Positions 59,767 to 64,000 of a stretch of 64,000 nucleotides of DNA are shown piece after piece. The translations under genes and the position numbers were made by a program. Location: NCBI GenBank assembly GCA_963676395.1, contig OY781066.1, forward strand, positions 1,728,001 to 1,792,000, written 5' to 3'. The notes beneath the pieces are model-generated. The model was given only the letters and a program-made list of their open reading frames with translations, was not told where the DNA came from and made no database searches. Numbering within the stretch: the first letter of the stretch is position 1; each line of letters opens with the position of its first letter. This DNA is from a bacterium (GTDB taxonomy: Bacteria > Fidelibacterota > Fidelibacteria > Fidelibacterales > Fidelibacteraceae).

Positions 59767-60864
59767 ATGAAAAAATTCTTACTCCCTCTGCTCATCGGAC
59801 TAATACTTCTATCTTGTTCACAATACGACACCGATAAGGTGGATCAAGTTGTTGAAAATGCTATCAAGGAACGGATTTTCCCGGGAGCGGTATTGGTAGT
59901 AGGGAATTCCAATGAAATATTATATCAGAAAGCATATGGCCACTATACATATGATTCATCATCTCAGAAGGTGAAAATGGAGGCTATCTTTGATTTGGCA
60001 TCTCTGTCTAAAGTATTCGGTACCGGCATGTGCATAATGAAAGCCATTGATTCGGGATTGGTTGATCCCGAAAAGGCAGTTGTTGATTATTTACCGGAAA
60101 TGAATAAAGAAGGAAAAGACGAAATAAAGGTTAAGAATCTTTTAATGCATAATAGTGGCATGCATTCATATTGCAGGCCGGGGAAGACTCCTGAGGCTAC
60201 CTGGGAAACGATCTGTAAACTGGCTTTGCCCCGAAAGGTTGGTGAGTATCGTTATTCTTGCTTGAACTTTATTACTTTGATGAAAGTGCTTGAATCTGTA
60301 ACAAAAGAACCCATGTGGAAGTTTTATGAAGAAGTCTACACTAAACCATTGAAGATGACTCGAACCATGTACTCACCAAAGGCGGAATATATTCAAGATT
60401 GTTTACCAACGATCGGTGATAGTACCGGCACCCTTATTATACGACAAGGTGAAGTTCACGATCCTCTAGCTTTATCTTTAGATGGTTATTCAGGTAATGC
60501 AGGTTTATTCTCAACGGGACCCGATATGGCGAAGATTTGTCAGCTTATGATGAATGAGGGTGTATATGATGGAAAACGATTTGTAGAAAAAGACGTGTGG
60601 GAAAAGTTTGTTACGGTTCAAGACGGTTCCAGATCCTGGGCTTGGGGTATCAATAATTACGAAGGTTCTTCAGCCGGTTCAAAGATGTCGGATACCGCAT
60701 TCGGTCATACCGGTTATACCGGAACTTGTGCGTGGATAGATATTGAACAGGATATTTTTGTGATATTATTGACAAATCGTGTGTACCCCGAAGATAAAAA
60801 AACTGTAACTCCAACTAGACGAGCAGTAAATGACGCAGTTATTGAAGCCTTTATAACACAATAG
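59767..60864 (+). CDS. Serine hydrolase, beta-lactamase class C-like lipoprotein
   Basis: FDLASLSK (SxxK), LLMHNSG, YRYS, GEVHDP, FGHTGYTG, LLTNR. Confidence 0.9.
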   Translation: MKKFLLPLLIGLILLSCSQYDTDKVDQVVENAIKERIFPGAVLVVGNSNEILYQKAYGHYTYDSSSQKVKMEAIFDLASLSKVFGTGMCIMKAIDSGLVDPEKAVVDYLPEMNKEGKDEIKVKNLLMHNSGMHSYCRPGKTPEATWETICKLALPRKVGEYRYSCLNFITLMKVLESVTKEPMWKFYEEVYTKPLKMTRTMYSPKAEYIQDCLPTIGDSTGTLIIRQGEVHDPLALSLDGYSGNAGLFSTGPDMAKICQLMMNEGVYDGKRFVEKDVWEKFVTVQDGSRSWAWGINNYEGSSAGSKMSDTAFGHTGYTGTCAWIDIEQDIFVILLTNRVYPEDKKTVTPTRRAVNDAVIEAFITQ

Positions 60865-60868
60865 AGCC

Positions 60869-61567
60869 ATGAAAAAAATTCTTATAATTCTACTTTTGGT
60901 TTGTGCTTTTCCCTTGATGGCGGGAGAATTGTTTAATGCAAGGATTTATTCTGAACAGGATTCTGAAAAGTTGGCATATACTCATAACAATACGGTAACA
61001 ATTGAAGGCGATAGTACGATAATTAACCATTATTACTATACGTCAGATGGTCAATTGTATGTGTTGGATAAGGTGGTATTGTTTAACGGTGAACCGATCT
61101 TTAATTCCTTAAAATTCTATCAGATAAATGAGTATTCCAGTCTTGAACGTAAAGGTGATAAAGTTATATTAAATTACCAAAGAGGCAAAAAGAAAAAACA
61201 AGCTACAAGAAAATATCGCAACCCTCTTGTTTTTGCTCCCATACAACAAGATGCTATCAAAAAAAATATGCATAAGTTATTGAAGGGAGAAGCGGTCACT
61301 TTTTATATTTTTGCCGCTGAAGTTTTGCGTTTGGTCGAAATGCGTGTAACTTTAATTGAGAGCTCCAGCTATGATCGGGAAGATTGTTATGTTCTACAAA
61401 TGAAACCGGATAATTTTTTAATTGATTGGTTGGTAGATGAAGTTTATTATGTGGTGAATAAAAGCACATATTTAATCGAAGAAATGCATGGTTTTTCAAC
61501 CTTACGGCAAGAAATTGACGGAAATTGGGAATACCGTGATATGGATTTTTACTATTCTTATGAATAA
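60869..61567 (+). CDS. Hypothetical exported protein
   Basis: Signal peptide; 232 aa; last gene of the co-oriented run. Confidence 0.7.
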   Translation: MKKILIILLLVCAFPLMAGELFNARIYSEQDSEKLAYTHNNTVTIEGDSTIINHYYYTSDGQLYVLDKVVLFNGEPIFNSLKFYQINEYSSLERKGDKVILNYQRGKKKKQATRKYRNPLVFAPIQQDAIKKNMHKLLKGEAVTFYIFAAEVLRLVEMRVTLIESSSYDREDCYVLQMKPDNFLIDWLVDEVYYVVNKSTYLIEEMHGFSTLRQEIDGNWEYRDMDFYYSYE

Positions 61568-61613
61568 GTCTATTCAAAGAATAAATACATAACGACATAA
61601 AATAAAATATTTC

Positions 61614-62648
61614 GGCTTAATGGTAAAAATGGGGGGCTATTTGGCCAAAAAATGGTCTGTTAATTTAGTTTTCATTTCATCCTTAATTCCAGCATGATTT
61701 CTTAGCTTTGTTTTTAATTCAGTAAAGTTACCTTCCAGTAGATTTGTTGTGTTTGGGATATGTAAATCAGGGTAATCTTGGAAAGTAAAAAGATAAGGTG
61801 TGTTTGTCTTTAGGCTTCGATAAGCACTTCTCAATCTTTTGTGAGTATAATGCCACTTACCCGTAATTGGATTAACCGTTTTTTCTTTCAAATAATTTTG
61901 CCATTTTTTATGCCAATGATCTAATATGAAGATCCAAGATGTTTTATCAATGTTTTTGAGTTGGTATGATATTTCTTTGAGCTCATGGCCGGCCGGTGTG
62001 CGTGGATTCAGTGTTAAATAACGCCTTATGATAGCCTGTTGGTGGAAGTGACACATTTGGATAGGGATTTCTGCAAACGCCTTAAATAAGCCTCTTCTGC
62101 CGTCACAGACGATAGCTTTTATTATCCATCCTCTCATCTTTAGCAAACCAATACCTTGTTTGTAAAGATCAATTGTTTCTGTCTTGATGTACCGCCAATC
62201 AAGATTCTTTTTACTATACGCATCTTTAAATACCATGACACCAAAGCCTCGTCTGAAGTAGCTACTATCCATAATGATCACTGTATCTGAAGGTTTGTAA
62301 TCGGGGATAGTGACTTGATGATCTGCTAATTTTGATCGGATTGTTTTAATGCTTAAATGATACTTTTCTGATAACTGTCGTAAGCTTTGCTTGCCTTCAA
62401 AATAATCAACGAAAAGACTGTGAGATATTTTTTTTCTTGGTCTTGATTTGCTGGAGAATCTGTGGTGACAATCGTTGCATTTATAGCTCTGTTTTCCCCT
62501 CTTCTTTCCGTTCTTTTTGGTGCTATTTCCACCACATTTTGGACATCTTTTTAGCCATCTTTTTATTTAAAAAATAAGAAATCTTATTTAATAAACTATA
62601 AATCAATTAATTATAGCGTTTTTAGCCCCCCATTTTTACCATTAAGCC
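61614..62648 (-). mobile_element. Complete insertion sequence (IS256-like, Zn-ribbon variant), 1035 bp
   Basis: Perfect 26-bp terminal IRs GGCTTAATGGTAAAAATGGGGGGCTA (61614-61639, 62623-62648); 8-bp TSD AATATTTC (61606-61613, 62649-62656). Confidence 0.92.
61637..62566 (-). CDS. DDE transposase with N-terminal CxxC..CxxC Zn ribbon
   Basis: Frame open from 62566: CPKCGG...YKCNDC, HTH-like segment, IIMDS, VCDGRRG, QMCHFHQ, TTNLLEG; no canonical start upstream of the Zn ribbon; stop lies inside the IR. Confidence 0.85.
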   Translation of the reverse strand: MKRWLKRCPKCGGNSTKKNGKKRGKQSYKCNDCHHRFSSKSRPRKKISHSLFVDYFEGKQSLRQLSEKYHLSIKTIRSKLADHQVTIPDYKPSDTVIIMDSSYFRRGFGVMVFKDAYSKKNLDWRYIKTETIDLYKQGIGLLKMRGWIIKAIVCDGRRGLFKAFAEIPIQMCHFHQQAIIRRYLTLNPRTPAGHELKEISYQLKNIDKTSWIFILDHWHKKWQNYLKEKTVNPITGKWHYTHKRLRSAYRSLKTNTPYLFTFQDYPDLHIPNTTNLLEGNFTELKTKLRNHAGIKDEMKTKLTDHFLAK

Positions 62649-62665
62649 AATATTTCAAAGAAATT

Positions 62666-62696
62666 AAAAAAGCCCTCGTTGAATTACGGGGCTTTA
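62666..62696 (-). terminator. Terminator hairpin
   Basis: AAAAAGCCCTCG...CGGGGCTTT. Confidence 0.6.
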
Positions 62697-62735
62697 TATA
62701 TTTTAGATTGAATATTAACTTTCAATTCTTAATTA

Positions 62736-63242
62736 TTATGGTTGCATATCATCGATTCTCATTAAAACCATACCGTTAATATTTTCAGTAGTGATCTTAA
62801 GTTTAATATCAACAAAAGATTCACCGTCCTTCTTGACTAATTTTACTGGTACATGAGAAAATGAATTTTTTCCATTATAGGTTTTTGTTATTAGGTCCAA
62901 CATTTGACACCCGTTACATTCTTTGGTATGGCCACAACCTCCGGGAAGATAAGAATGTTTGCAAGTAAAGATATCACCTGTACGATTATTAATTAAGTTT
63001 TTATGTTTCTTACCCAATTTATCCAGCGCAAGATTATTGGCGGCAATGTAGGTATTATTTTCATCAATTAAAATGACAGGGGCTGAAATTGTGTTTAAAA
63101 ATGGGATAAAGTCAATTTGTTTTTTTTGATAAAGATTTAACATGCATTCTTCACATATACCATGTGTAATCGCGTCCTCAGGCTGGAAATCTGAGTGCTT
63201 TTGCCCCATGTGCTTATTGCACCATGCACACACTAACTTCAT
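62736..63242 (-). CDS. Cys-rich PAS-like domain protein
   Basis: CAWC...HGICEEC N-terminus; PAS-like APVILID...AAN; CKHS...CGHTKECNGC. Confidence 0.7.
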   Translation of the reverse strand: MKLVCAWCNKHMGQKHSDFQPEDAITHGICEECMLNLYQKKQIDFIPFLNTISAPVILIDENNTYIAANNLALDKLGKKHKNLINNRTGDIFTCKHSYLPGGCGHTKECNGCQMLDLITKTYNGKNSFSHVPVKLVKKDGESFVDIKLKITTENINGMVLMRIDDMQP

Positions 63243-63396
63243 ATGCTGTCTCCATTACTTAATGGAATTTAAAAAATATTTAGTAGAAACCAAAAATAAA
63301 TTGATGCGAGAACAAGTAAAACCAGATACGACCTTTGTATTTCGGTAAATAATTTGAAAAATCAGGATTCGTTTATCGGGATATATCTCTTGTATT

Positions 63397-64000
63397 TTAA
63401 CCTTTTTTATTCAAATTAAATTTTCTCAATCTAATCGATTGAGGCGTTACTTCAACCACTTCGTCTTCAGAAATAAATTCGATTGCTTGATCGAGTGTTA
63501 AGATCCTGGGAGCATGAAGTGTAACGGTTGAATCAGCTGAAGCGGCTCGCATGTTTGTCAGTTTTTTTTCACGAACGATATTTACTTTGAGGTCTTGAGG
63601 GAGATTGCGTTCTCCAACGATCATGCCGGTATATACCTCGGTACCAACAGAAACAATCAATGCACCGCGATCTTCCATCGCCAAGCTTGCGTAAGCGGTA
63701 ACTTTACCCGGGCGATCAGCTACGATAGCACCCGAAATTCTTTGTGGAATTTCACCAAACCAGGGAGCAAAGCCGTGAAATAAACTGTTAATTATCCCAC
63801 GTCCTTTAGTATCGGTTAAGAACTGTGATCTAAAACCAATCAAACCGCGAGAGGGAACAAGAAATTCTATATGAGTATAGCCCATGCCATTGTTGACCAT
63901 ACTTTGCATGCGTCCCTTACGCTTTGAAAGTTTTTCTGTAACAACACCGATAAATTCTTCAGGGACTTCGATATGCACTTGTTCAACAGGTTCTTGGGTG
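63397..64000 (-). CDS. typA: Translational GTPase TypA/BipA (C-terminal part, 5' partial)
   Basis: PSRGLIGFRSQFLTDTKGRG, REKKLTNMRAAS, EVTPQSIRLRK. Confidence 0.95.
   Translation of the reverse strand, partial: TQEPVEQVHIEVPEEFIGVVTEKLSKRKGRMQSMVNNGMGYTHIEFLVPSRGLIGFRSQFLTDTKGRGIINSLFHGFAPWFGEIPQRISGAIVADRPGKVTAYASLAMEDRGALIVSVGTEVYTGMIVGERNLPQDLKVNIVREKKLTNMRAASADSTVTLHAPRILTLDQAIEFISEDEVVEVTPQSIRLRKFNLNKKG

Noticed and set aside
62353..62535. 60-aa ORF within the IS
   Set aside because: Alternate frame of the transposase N-terminus; the Zn-ribbon frame is the meaningful one.
1..64000. CRISPR array or rRNA
   Set aside because: No regularly spaced direct repeats, cas genes or rRNA-like sequence were seen.

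Overview
AT-rich bacterial chromosomal segment, most consistent with a non-Bacteroidota FCB-group anaerobe such as Ca. Marinimicrobia (inferred from YPNPFNP-type C-terminal sorting domains, PorV/PorQ-family genes and hydF). It carries about 50 CDS: seven secreted cargo proteins with a T9SS-like C-terminal domain, MoxR/DUF58, hydF, meaB, an ArsR-permease-thioredoxin operon, perR-peroxiredoxin, pepF, dacB, lptD-prmA followed by a T9SS-like accessory cluster, and typA. It also holds four tRNAs, tmRNA and one complete 1035-bp IS with 26-bp IRs and an 8-bp TSD. No CRISPR array or rRNA was seen. The strongest candidate novel system (33989-38003) is a stand-alone PEP-CTERM-like micro-protein coupled to an alkaline-phosphatase-superfamily/TPR enzyme, a PAPS-type sulfotransferase and a secreted protein. 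Other highlights are an unannotated four-hairpin RNA (40768-40914), a His-rich RAPP-ending leader followed by an orphan signal-peptide ORF, a four-helix-bundle gene enclosed by an inverted repeat inside an operon, a GIY-YIG mini-element next to ssrA, a frameshifted thioredoxin, and an IS transposase lacking an in-frame canonical start. Family assignments come from motif recognition by eye; no database searches were run.
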